Source: Heterodontus francisci
Lineage: Eukaryota
Length of the DNA: 64,000 nt
Direction of reading: 5' to 3'
NCBI RefSeq assembly: GCF_036365525.1
Contig: NC_090396.1
Span: 40,846,689 to 40,910,688 of the forward strand
Numbering within the stretch: position 1 is the first letter of the stretch; each line of letters opens with the position of its first letter. Below the pieces are notes generated by a model, which searched no databases, was not told the origin of the DNA, and worked only from the letters and a program-made list of their open reading frames with translations. Position numbers and translations under genes: made by a program. Of this stretch, positions 1 through 10,340 are shown piece by piece.

Positions 1-190
1 TCCCCCAATAAGCAGGTGAACTGAATTCTGGAAATGAGTTCATACCATACAATAAGTCTCCTTTATGTCATCTTCTATGCAAGCACACTCAATGCACTAA
101 GTAAGTACTGAAATGCATCTCGATATAAAGCTCATTCAACAGCAATTGTCATTGAAGTAACATGAGCTAATGAAAATTATTGTTTTTCAG

Positions 191-514
191 AGCTTGTGAA
201 TTTTGATTGTGAGGATTTAGTGACAGGAATATTTAACGAAGATCCGAAACTACCATGTCCATTCAGTTCAAGCAATATGAATACATTTGAGCTCATTGAA
301 CAGAGTAAATGTGAAAAGGATGGAGAAACATTAATCTTTAATGCAACTGAAAGGGACCAAGAAGCTCAGGGTCGAATTAAATTACTTCATCCACATTCAC
401 AAGATATATCATTGGTAATCCAGAAAACACAACTGTCAGATGTTGGGGAATATAAATATTACCTGGAAACAACTTCTGGTCACATCAGTCAATACATCAC
501 ACTGAAGGTTAAAG
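191..514 (+). CDS. Copy A IgV exon (phase 1-1)
   Basis: Acceptor tgtttttcag|AG. Open frame LVNFDCEDLVTGIFNED..LPC..GRIKL..DISLVIQKTQLSDVGEYKYY..ITLKVK. Donor G|gtggat is weak (copy B has gtgagt). Confidence 0.85.
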
Positions 515-721
515 GTGGATAAAATTATAATTTCCCTGCTTGTTCATCCATGTAGAATATTGGTTGCCTCTAATTTAAAATTTTAAGTTCAATAGTTGCA
601 GCAGTCCCAGAATTAGAAAGGAAGAAAAGGAACCAGGGATCTTACCACTGGTCCCTATCAAATAATCATACTGGAAGGTGGAATGCTAAAAAAGAAAATA
701 AAAAAATCCCTTATGTGTAGT

Positions 722-1130
722 CTAATGTGTCAGCTGTTGTTCAGTTGCTAGCACTCTTGTCTCTAAGTTACAAGGTTCTAGGATCAAGTCCCACTCCACA
801 GCTTGAGCACAAAAATCAAGGCTGACAGGAGCTGTTTTCTGGACAAAATTTGAAACTGAGGCCCCATCTGCCAGTTTAGGTGGATGTAAAAGATCCCATG
901 GCAATATTTTAAAGAGCAGCAGTGGAGATATCCCTGGTGTCTGGAACCAATATATCTTCCTCAATCAACATCACAAAAATAGATTATTTGGTCATTATGA
1001 CATTGCTGTTTGCGGGAGTTGTGTTTCCTATAATGATAACTAAACTTTAAAATACTTCATTGGCTGTAAAATGCTTTGAAATGTCCGGTGGTCCTGTAAG
1101 GTGCTACATAAATGCAAAGTTTTTTTCTAT
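722..1130 (+). mobile_element. Deu-domain tRNA SINE (SacSINE1/AmnSINE-like); counterpart at ~25340-25730 in copy B
   Basis: tRNA-like head (caagtcccactcca), Deu core ggtggatgtaaaagatcccatggca, tail ggtgctacataaatgcaag. Confidence 0.7.
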
Positions 1131-1530
1131 TAATTAGCAGCAAATTCCAGTTTTATTCTCATCCTTAAAGAGCTTGACATGTGAGACAGGTAAACAACAA
1201 GTTATAACGAAGGCCACATTTAGAGAGAAAAGAAAGAATGATTGTGCATTTATATAGCCCCTTTCACATTCTCAGAGCCTTCCAAAACATATTACATAGA
1301 ATGCTTTGAGTTGCAGCCACTGTTGTTGTGTAATCAATCTCAACAACCAACTTGCATGGAGAGAAGTTCCACGAATGACAAAGCGAATGATCAGTTCATC
1401 TGTTCTTGGTGGAGTTGGCTGCACAAAAGATGTTGTCCAGGACACCAAGAGAACACTTTATTTTAATTCTTCCATGGGATGTGGGCATCACTGGCAGGGC
1501 CAGCATTTGTCGCCCATCTCTAGTTGCCCT

Positions 1531-2405
1531 TGACAATTGAGTGACATGCTAGGCCATTGCAGACAGCAGCTAAGAGTCAACCACATTTCTGTGGGTATGG
1601 AGTCACATGTAGGTCAAACCTGGTTAAAACAGCAGATTTCCTTCCCTAAAATACCTTAGGGAACCAAATGGGCTTCTATGGCAATTAATGATACCTTCAT
1701 AGTACCATGATTGAGACTAGTTTTCAATTCTAGATTTTTACTAATTATTTGACTTTAAACTCCATCAACTGCTCTTATGGGATTTGAAACTATGCTCCTA
1801 GCTTATTCATGTGCATCAATAGTTTAGTGATATTACCACTACACCACCATCATCTTTGAATAATATATTGGGATCTTTTCTATCCACCTTAGCAGCATGT
1901 GTAGGCTCAATTTAAAGTCTCATCTCAAAGACAACATTTTCAACAGTGCCTGCTGTGACAACTGAGTGACTTGCTGGGCCATTGCAGACAGCAGCTAAGA
2001 GTCAACCACATTTCTGTGGGTATGGAGTCACATGTAGGCCAAACCACGTAAGGACAGAAAAAAGTCACATGCAGGCCAAATCAGGTAAAGACAGCAGATT
2101 TCCTTCTCTAAAGGGCATTAGTGAGCCTGATAGGTTTTTATGACACCTCCAAAGCACCATTATTGAGTCTAGCTTTCAGTTCCAGATTTTCACTAATTAA
2201 GTAAATTGAAATTCTAGCAGCCGCTATGTTAGGATGTTAACCCATGCCCCCACATCATTAGGCTGCATTATTAGTTTAGTGATACTACCACCACACCACC
2301 ACCTATGAATAGTATGTCAAGATGTTTTCTATCCACCTGAGCAGGTATATGGAGGTCTCAATTTAAAGTCTCATCTCAAAGACAACATTTTCTACAGTGC
2401 CTGCT
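1531..2405. repeat. Tandem duplication of a ~430-450 bp repeat-derived intron segment (units 1531-1955 and 1956-2405)
   Basis: Both units start tgacaa(t/c)tgagtgac..ggccattgcagacagcagctaagagtcaacc and end ctcaaagacaacatttt..acagtgcctgct. Copy B has a single unit (~26134-26578). Confidence 0.85.
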
Positions 2406-3029
2406 CCCTCAGTACTGCACTGAAGTACCAGGCAGCATGATGTTCTCATGCACACTGTGGAATTTGAACCCACAGCCTTCTGACTCTGAAGTGAGATTGG
2501 TCCCAACTGAGTCAAGCTAATACTTTTTATTTATTTTCAATCAGCAGCAGCATAAAATGTGATAACTTTCCTTTCAATAACATGATTTTCTAATGCTGCT
2601 AAACAGTGCTGTGCAGAGGGATTACTATCGCATATATTTTAATGTATTTCTGTTACTCTGTACATTGCAGTTTAAGAAATCAATTTTTTATTCCTATTTT
2701 TAATATTGTTAAAACAGTGCAATTGTGTTAGTTAACATGGTGTGAGGCTGTCCCCATTAAATTACAGCAGTGTTCGAGATTAATAATTTTTTTTCCAATT
2801 GAAGCATTTAAAAATCAAGTCAAAATGGCAAATTGGTACCATTAAGTATTTTCCTCTATCTCATTCCTAACCTAAGGTAACCTAAGTGTAATTAATTTAA
2901 TATCATATATCTGGAAGTTATTGTTTCCCAAGAACTGTTGTTGCTTTTTGCTGTGTGGGAAGGAAGTGTAAAAACTGCCTCTACAGCTCTTTTTCATGAC
3001 ATCAATAACAATGCAATCATTCTTTTTAG

Positions 3030-3207
3030 CTCCACACAGTTGACAAAAGTGACCAATTACACAAATACCACGCTAATGAGAATAACAAATCTCACTTGTG
3101 AAACGACTAGATACTGACAGGTTCAGTTTCACTGGTTTGTCAATGGGAACCTCACATCTGAGTCTCATAATAGTACTGTAGAAACCCCACAGGGATTGCT
3201 CAATATC
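3030..3207 (+). pseudogene. Truncated IgC pseudo-exon, most similar to the copy B IgC exon
   Basis: Acceptor ctttttag|ct. A 1-nt deletion gives TGA at the fifth codon, and CCA>TGA occurs in the GYP motif. Homology ends after gggattgctcaatatca. Confidence 0.85.
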
Positions 3208-3542
3208 ATCACAACATGCTCGATGTATGTACAAGCTACTTTCTAAATTAAACAAAAATGATAAAAGAAAGGTGTTCTAAAATCTGAAGCTCTGAATAGT
3301 TTCAAATTCAGTTATTCAACTCAAAATGACATTGGTACCATTTCAAGCTTTCCTGTATCATAGCCCTAAACGAAGATAACCTAAATTCCACCAGACGAAT
3401 GCAATAAATCTGGGAATTTTTGTTTACCAAGTAATGCTGTTATTTCTTGCTGGTGAGGGAGCAGGGAGTGTAAAAGCTGCTCCTATATTATTCTATGCCT
3501 CTCCCTCATTACCTTAATAACAATGCAATCATTTTCTTTTAG

Positions 3543-3839
3543 CTCCATACAGTTTGCCAAAGGTGACTTTATTCCCAAATCTCACAACCACAATGAGAAC
3601 GACAAACCTCACTTATGAAACGATTGGATACCCACTGGCTCAGATTCATTGGTTTATCGATGGAAAAAGGAACCTCACATCCAAGGCTAAAACTAATAGT
3701 ATAGAAACCCCACAAGGACTGTTCAATATCACCAGCACACTTCAAATCAAAGAAGGAATAATTGCCTTGGAAGGCATTTGTACATGTGCCGTGTGGAATG
3801 TGGAAGACCAGGTGTACGAGGTGCAAAAACACTTTCCAA
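3543..3839 (+). CDS. Copy A IgC exon (phase 1-1, 297 nt)
   Basis: ttttag|CT..CCA A|gtaagt. Translation APYSLPKVT..NLTYETIGYPLAQIHW..TPQGLFNITSTL..GICTCAVWN. Confidence 0.85.
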
Positions 3840-4104
3840 GTAAGTTCATAGCATTTTTTTAAATCTCAGAAAATGATTTTGTTTTTGTTTTCAAAATGTA
3901 GAAAATGCTGTAAGACTGCATTTAATACCCACAACTCTTTGCCCTGAGAAGGCTGTGGGCTTTTTTAAACTATGCATTCCTTTTGTTTCGGTTAAATGTC
4001 AGCATATTTATTGCTAATTAATAGAAGAGTACATATAAATGATTATTATACAGAGGTTGATGGCAGAATTTACAATTAATTAAGTTTTCTTCTCCCACCC
4101 CCAC

Positions 4105-4262
4105 GTTTTGGATCATTTACCTAAGTGTGATCACCAAAGAGAAGAGAAGAGAAGAGAAAGAAAGAAAAACAGTTTTCACAACGGTCGGTGTGATTGCTGG
4201 AGTATTTGTATTTGTAGCAGCAATCTTGGTGGCTTTGTAATATAGTAGTAAAAGGATTCCAG
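4105..4262 (+). pseudogene. Copy A degenerate transmembrane exon
   Basis: Aligns with copy B 27823-27967. The ttttcagattcag acceptor is missing, a GAAGA-repeat expansion adds 13 nt, and TAA at 4238-4240 follows VGVIAGVFVFVAAILVAL. The donor CCA G|gtatga is retained. Confidence 0.8.
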
Positions 4263-5619
4263 GTATGATGGCTGTGTAAATGTTTCCGGTTCTTTTTAAA
4301 GCTTTTGATTATTCCATCAATTATGACATAATCCTCTGTTTTAAAATATTTTTGGTTAGCTTTGGCTTTGAATACAGCCCATAATCTGGAAATCTGATAA
4401 TTCACTTTAACCATATCATATGCCAATCATACAAGTTCCAAGGCTTAAAAAAATGAAATTTAATCTGCAACACTCTGGCTTCAAATTCCTTCTGTCTTTC
4501 TAATTCAAAGGCAACATCGAGCAGAGGTTCACATTTCAGTTAGTGATAGCCACAATTTAAAATGAGTGAATGTCATGAGCCAAGTGGCAGTTTGATATCT
4601 AATTCTATCACCAGGTTTGTGGGAGACACCCATCTCTCTATTGCCAATGCCCATCGATTCTGGCACCCTGCCGATCTCCAACCCTCCCCCACTGCAGCAG
4701 TGCAGAGAACCACTGCAGGTTCTCTGCCTCTTCCTGGAGTTGTGTGCTCTGTTCTCCTGCAAGGAGAGAAAGCAGAGTTATCATTGTGAGAAAAGGAAGG
4801 TATGCAGAGGAGGGAAGGACAACATTTGTGAAGGGTGACTGTGAGGGATGGATATGAGATGGCACTGAGCAGGTTGGCTTCATTGAAATTCTACCCATGG
4901 TGTTTGGTATAGCGAAAGGCACATGAGTGAGGGGCAGGAAGGAAACATTCTTTGTCGGAACTGAAACTTTAAACCAAATTCATTATCTAGTTGTGGACAC
5001 CACTGGCAAAGCTGGCATTTATTGCCAATTTGAGTTGCCCGAAAAAGTGCTGATGGGCCTTCTCCATTGTAGTTTGATACAATAGAATGACTTGGTAGGC
5101 TAATTCAGAGGCCAGTTCAGAGTGAATCACTTTGGTGTGGACTGGAATCACAGAAAGACCAGTACTGACTAAAGGACGGCTGCTTTCCTTCCCTAAAGGA
5201 CATTAGTGGAGCAGTTGGGCTTTTAAAACAATGGTCTAAAATAGATCAAAGCATCGTGGTACCAGCTTTCTTTTTTAACTGAATTCAAATTCTTGCACTG
5301 TGATGGTTGGATTTTAATTCATGTCTTCTGAATACTAGTCCAGACTTTCGGATTAGGAATTCAGTAAGATAACCACTATAGTATCGTACCCTCCTAGTCA
5401 GGTAAGAGGACTACAATCTTCTATACAGGTTGGACAATTATTTTGGATCCCTTTGGTTATAAAAGCATTACTACAGTTGGACAAAGGAATAGGAGAAATT
5501 ATTTGAATGTTAATTAGGGAAAATGTAAGCATTGCTTATAACTGTCAATATTATCACAATTGTACGGAGATTACTGCCCTACTTACACATGATTAGGAGT
5601 TTTTTTGAACTGTAAGCAA

Positions 5620-6045
5620 TAGTGTGTTAGCTGTGGTTCATGATTCTGGACTCAAGTCCCACCCCAGGGCTTGAACACAAAAATCAAGCGGACACTCCAG
5701 TGCAGTACTGAGGGAGTGCTGCACTGTCAGAAGTGCTGTCTTTCAGATGAAATGTTAAACCGAGGCTCGGGTGGATGTAAAAGAACTCACGGCACTGTTT
5801 CAAAGAAGTGGGGGTTATCCCTGTTGTCCTGGTCAATATTTATATCTCAATGAACATTACAAAACAGATTATCTGATCGTTATCACATTGCTGTTTGTGG
5901 GAGTTTGCTGTGTGTATACTGGCTGCCACATTTCCTGCATTACAACAGTGACTACACTTCAAAAGTACTTAATTGGCTGTAAAGTGCTTTGAGACATCTG
6001 GTGGTCGTGAAAAGCGCTATATAAATGCAACTATTTCTTTGTTTC
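5620..6045 (+). mobile_element. Deu-domain SINE present only in copy A
   Basis: tcaagtcccac..cagtactgagggagtgctgcactgtc..ggtggatgtaaaagaac..gctatataaatgcaa. Absent at the matching position of copy B (~29810). Confidence 0.75.
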
Positions 6046-6142
6046 TAATGAACTGAAAATTTTCAGAGCCAAAAATCTTAACTCAAATCAAATTTCATGT
6101 ACCAGAAATAATGAATTTAATCTTTTGTTGCTTCTATTTCAG

Positions 6143-6171
6143 CAGTTCGGAGAGAATCCGAAATCCGAATG
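6143..6171 (+). CDS. Copy A cytoplasmic exon 1 (AVRRESEIRM)
   Basis: ttcag|CA..ATG|gtaggt, homologous to 29911-29939. Confidence 0.7.
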
Positions 6172-6252
6172 GTAGGTGTAGTTTCAAACATTAGCTTATT
6201 TTTGAAGGCCTTGTGCCACTGTTTTCATAATTTTGTTTTTTTCTTTTAACAG

Positions 6253-6282
6253 ATAACAAGTGACCAGAAGGCTGATGTTTAA
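6253..6282 (+). CDS. Copy A terminal coding exon (ITSDQKADV*)
   Basis: ttttaacag|ATA..GTT TAA, homologous to 30020-30049. Confidence 0.7.
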   Translation: MTSDQKADV

Positions 6283-6821
6283 TCGCGATTGCAGTGAATA
6301 ATTTCTATTTCTGCTTGTGAAGTATGCACTGACATCCGATGTTATGGTCTACTTTCATTTTGTGACATGACAGCTCAACCATGTCATTTAGTATCATCTG
6401 ACTAAAGAAAGGTGGTTTTACAACACACATTATTTCAAGCACTGTCACTTTTCTCTTCAGTGAATACCTGGAAACTGCAACTATTTTTAATGCAGTTACT
6501 GTCCAGGATAATACTTCTGATTGATCTACAGCACCGTGCTAAACTCTTCACCATTTGTTTTTCTGTAAAGAAAAAATGCCACATATTTGTTGCCTACTAG
6601 CATCATTGCTGAAACACTGGGTCCACAACAGAAGACAACCACAACTAGAGAGCTGGGTTCTCAATCCTGAAAGGTGTCATTCAAGGGGTATCACTGTTTT
6701 ACAACTGGAACAGTAAATGGATCAGTGTGCGACATCACAACACTCTGTAAAAGGAGAAGAAAATCTTAGACTTAGTTGTACTTTGAAAATATACTTCCTG
6801 TTGGTTGATTACAGAAATATT

Positions 6822-8575
6822 AGAGTCATAGAGTTATACAACACAGAAACAGGCCCTTCGGCCCATCATGTCTGTGCCGGCCATACAGTACCCAACTATT
6901 CTAATCCCATATTCCTGCACTTGGCCCATAGTCTTGTATGCTATGGCATTTCAAGTGCTAATCTAAATACTTCTTAAATGTTGTGAGGGTTCCTGCCTCC
7001 ATCACCTCTTCAGACAGTGTGTTCCAGATTCCAACCGCCTGCTGGGTGAAAAAGTTTTTCCTCAAATCCCCTCTAAACCTCCTACCCCTTACCTTAAATC
7101 TATGCCCCCTGGTTCTTGACCCCTCCGCTAAGGGAAAAACTTTCTTCCTATCTAACCTATCAATGCCCCTCAGAATCTTGTACACCTCAATCATGTCCCC
7201 CCTCAGCCTTCTCTGCTCTAAAGAAAACAACCCTAGCCATTTCAGTCTCTCTTCATAGCTGAAATGCTCCAGCCCAGGCGACATCCTGGTGAATCTCCTC
7301 TGCACCCTCCCCAGTGCAATCACATCCTTCCTATAGTGTAGTGACCAGAACTGTACACAATACTCCAGCTGTGGCCTAACTAGCATTTTATACAGCTCCA
7401 TCATAACCTTCCTGCTTTTATATTCTATGCCTCAGCTAATAAAGGCAAGTATCCCATATGCTTTCCTAACCATCTTATCTACCTGTGCTGCTGCCTTCAG
7501 TGATCTATGGACAAGTACACCAAGGTCCCTCTGACCTTCTGTACTTCCTAGGGTCCTACCATCCATTGTTTGATTAGATATACAGCACTGAAACAGGCCC
7601 TTCGGCCCACCGAGTCTGTGCCGAACATCAACCACCCATTTTTTATACTATTCCTACGCTAATCCCATATTCCCAACAAACCTGTTCCTATATTTCCCTA
7701 CCACCTACCTATACTAGTGACAATTTATAATGGCCAATTTACCTATCAACCTGCAAGTCTTTTGGCTTGTGGGAGGAAACCGGAGCACCCGGAGAAAACC
7801 CACGCAGACACAGGGAGAACTTGCAAACTCCACACAGGCAGTACCCGGAATCGAACCCGGGTCCCTGGAGCTGTGAGGCTGCGGTGCTAACCACTGCGCC
7901 ACTGTGCCGCCTTGCCTTGCCTTATTAGTCCTCCCAAAATGCATTAACTCACACTTCTCAGCATTAAATTCCATTTGCCACTGCTCCGCCCATCTTACCA
8001 GCCCATCTATATCTCCCTGTAATCTAAGGATTTCCTCCTCACTATTTACAACACTACCAATTTTCATGTCATCTGCGAACTTACTGATCATATCTCCTAT
8101 ATTCACGTCTAAATCATTAATGTACACTACAACCAGCAAGGGTCCCAGTACCGATCCCTGTTGTACACCACTGGTCACAGGCTTCCAATCGCAAAAACAG
8201 CCCTTGACCATTATCCTCTGCCTCCTGCCATGAAGCTAATTTTGGATCCAATTTGCCAAATTGCCCTGGATTCCATGGGCTCTTACCTTCTTAACAAATC
8301 TCCCATGCGGGGCCTTATCAAAAGCCTTACTGAAGTCCATATAGACTACATCTACTGTTTTACCCTCATCTACACATCTAGTCACCTCCTTGAAAAATTC
8401 AATCAAGTTAGTTAGACATGATCTGCCAATGACAAAGCCATGCTGACTATCCCTGATTAATCCCTGCCTCTCCAAGTGGAGATTAATCCTGTCCCTCAGA
8501 ATTTTTTCCAATATTTTCCCAACCACTGATGTTAGACTCACCAGCCTTTAACTACCTGGTTTATCCCTGCTACTG
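6822..8575 (-). mobile_element. 5'-truncated CR1 LINE inserted in the copy A 3' UTR
   Basis: ORF2 fragments: QHGFVIGRSCLTNLIEFF, GVQQGSVLGP, KFADDMK, LVRPQLEYCVQFWS. The ctctatgactct-type tail is at the left end. Confidence 0.92.
7571..7911 (-). mobile_element. tRNA-derived V-SINE (HE1-like) nested in CR1
   Basis: Reverse complement reads ggcggcacagtggcgcagtggttagc..ggttcgattcc (A and B boxes), V-domain gtggagtttgcaagttctccc, then a CR1-like 3' tail. Confidence 0.88.
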
Positions 8576-8799
8576 TCCTATAGAAGAAGGATAGGGATGA
8601 TTCAACAGCAGAGTGTTCACCTCCTTTGGCTGGAAGGGCAGGGCTGTTGGGACTGTTGGTTTCTCTTAAGGTCTAAGGTAATATAATTTAGTGAGTCTTC
8701 ACCGTGACTTGGTGGATAAAGATATTGTCAGTGTGGTACTAAATGACACAGACCAGGAGGTTCAATTCCTGGTTGGTTCTGAATTAGCCAATCTCACCT

Positions 8800-9228
8800 C
8801 TGATTCAGAAGGTCATAGGCTCAAGCTCCACTCCAGGTACTTGAGTATAGAATCCAGGCTGACACTTCCAGCATCCCACGAAAGGAGTGCTACACAGTTG
8901 GAGCTGCCATCTTTTGGATGAGATGCCAAAACTAAGGCCATATCTGTCCTCTCAGGTGGATGCAAAAACCCTGTGGCACTATCTGAAGGAGAACTGGGAG
9001 TTTTTCCCAGTGCCCTGGCCAATATTTATCCCTCAATCAATATCACAAAAACAGAGTATCCGGTCACTATCACGTTGCTGTTCGTGGGAGCCTGCTGCAC
9101 GTAAACTGGCCCCTACGTTTCCTACAATTGTGATTACACCTCAAAAGTATTTAATTGGCTGTAAAGTACTTGGAATTGTCCTGAGGTTGTGAAAGGTGCT
9201 ATATAAATGCAAGTCCTTTCTCCTTTCT
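8800..9228 (+). mobile_element. Deu-domain SINE
   Basis: tcaagctccactccag..ctcaggtggatgcaaaaaccctgtggcact..ggtgctatataaatgcaag. Confidence 0.7.
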
Positions 9229-9586
9229 TTAGCTGATCTCAGTTGAGGAAGCAATTAGAGTGCAACAATTGGTCTCATTCTCCCAAGCTAGGGAGAAGAA
9301 TGAAAAAAATGAGCCAAGGTTCTTGCTCTTGATCGGTATCTGGTGTATGTGTGTATGTGTGAGGGGGACAGAACTGGGCCACTGCATCAGCATAAAGGGC
9401 CTAGTGACACTCACTTCTGAAGAATGGCCACAGGGGTGAGCTACCCAGAGAGCTACTGGTGCCCACAGAATTGTACCCCAGCTTGAATCAGTATTTTCAG
9501 GAAAGGAAAATGGAACAACACACTCAACTGAATCACTGCTCTGTGATCACTTAAAAGAGGACAAATTTCCTTTGGGGAAGGAACAC

Positions 9587-10340
9587 ACAGAAGTGGAAAA
9601 GGCCATAGCACTCCTCATCCACTCCCTGTGGGAAGCAAACCACCACCATGGGTATCCCAATTGTTCAGGATTCAGAGATCTGGACAACTTCCACCAGTCA
9701 GGGGGTTAAATTAGTTGATACTCAAGAGGGAGGCAAACTCAAATCATTCATTGAGCAGAATCTTGGATTTCAACAGAAGGTCACTGGTTGATCAGTGGGC
9801 AACTATGTCACATGAAATAAGGTTTGTGGTTCAATCCTTGTTCTGTGCTGAGGTGGCGGGGTGGCAGTGGGTGGAGGGTTGGTGTTAGGATTGACTCCGG
9901 TATCGGTTAAGTTTCCCATTGCTGTCCAATAGCACTGCTGAATGGGTGTTTCCGGCTTTGTTGCGATGCCCACCACAGTTGACCAGCTATAATGTATAGA
10001 CTAAACATAAAGAGGACTGGTTGGGTGAGTGACAGAAAGCTCCCATTGCCTGTACCTCAAGTATGGTCTTCATGAAAGGCCGGGGTAAGGAGATAAAGTA
10101 TTTAATACAAATTTAATCTGTTTTTTTTTCTCTGTTTAGCTCTCCCCATGCTGCCCAACATTGTTGAGGAGTCTCCAATGCAAAGCCACCTTCCCTAAAG
10201 GGTTTCTACTCCCTCCCTGAGGACAGGTTCCTGGTCTCCATTCAGCCTTCCCTGCAGATGCCATGACCCAGTTCAGGAATGTACTGTGGTGAGATTGGAG
10301 GATTAAACTCACAGGACAAGCACAGCCATTATCTAACCAC
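9587..10340 (+). pseudogene. Possible decayed S100-like gene fragment (two exon remnants)
   Basis: TEVEKAIALLI, then after a 63-nt insert DNFHQ, then after a frameshift DTQEGGKLKSFIEQNLGFQQK|gt. A strong acceptor ends at 10139 and is followed by LLRSL and, in another frame, YCGEIGGL. By-eye similarity only. Confidence 0.3.

Larger units (their letters stand above)
191..6282 (+). pseudogene. B7-family (PD-L1/PD-L2-like) gene copy A, disrupted (pseudogene or soluble form); leader exon lies outside the window
   Basis: Exons collinear with copy B: IgV 191-514, IgC 3543-3839, TM remnant ~4105-4262, cytoplasmic 6143-6171 and 6253-6282. The TM exon has lost its acceptor and carries a frameshift and a TAA; the IgC B-strand Cys is Tyr. 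Confidence 0.75.

Noticed and set aside
191-514. Antigen-receptor (IgNAR/TCR) V segment
   Set aside because: No recombination signal sequence was seen; the G strand is germline-joined and splices to B7-type IgC and TM exons.
1242-1533. ORFs repeated at 25845-26136
   Set aside because: They lie in an antisense SINE remnant within the duplicated intron; their recurrence reflects the segmental duplication.
7860-7911. tRNA-like A and B boxes (also ~16860-16910 and ~53450-53500)
   Set aside because: These are SINE heads, not tRNA genes.
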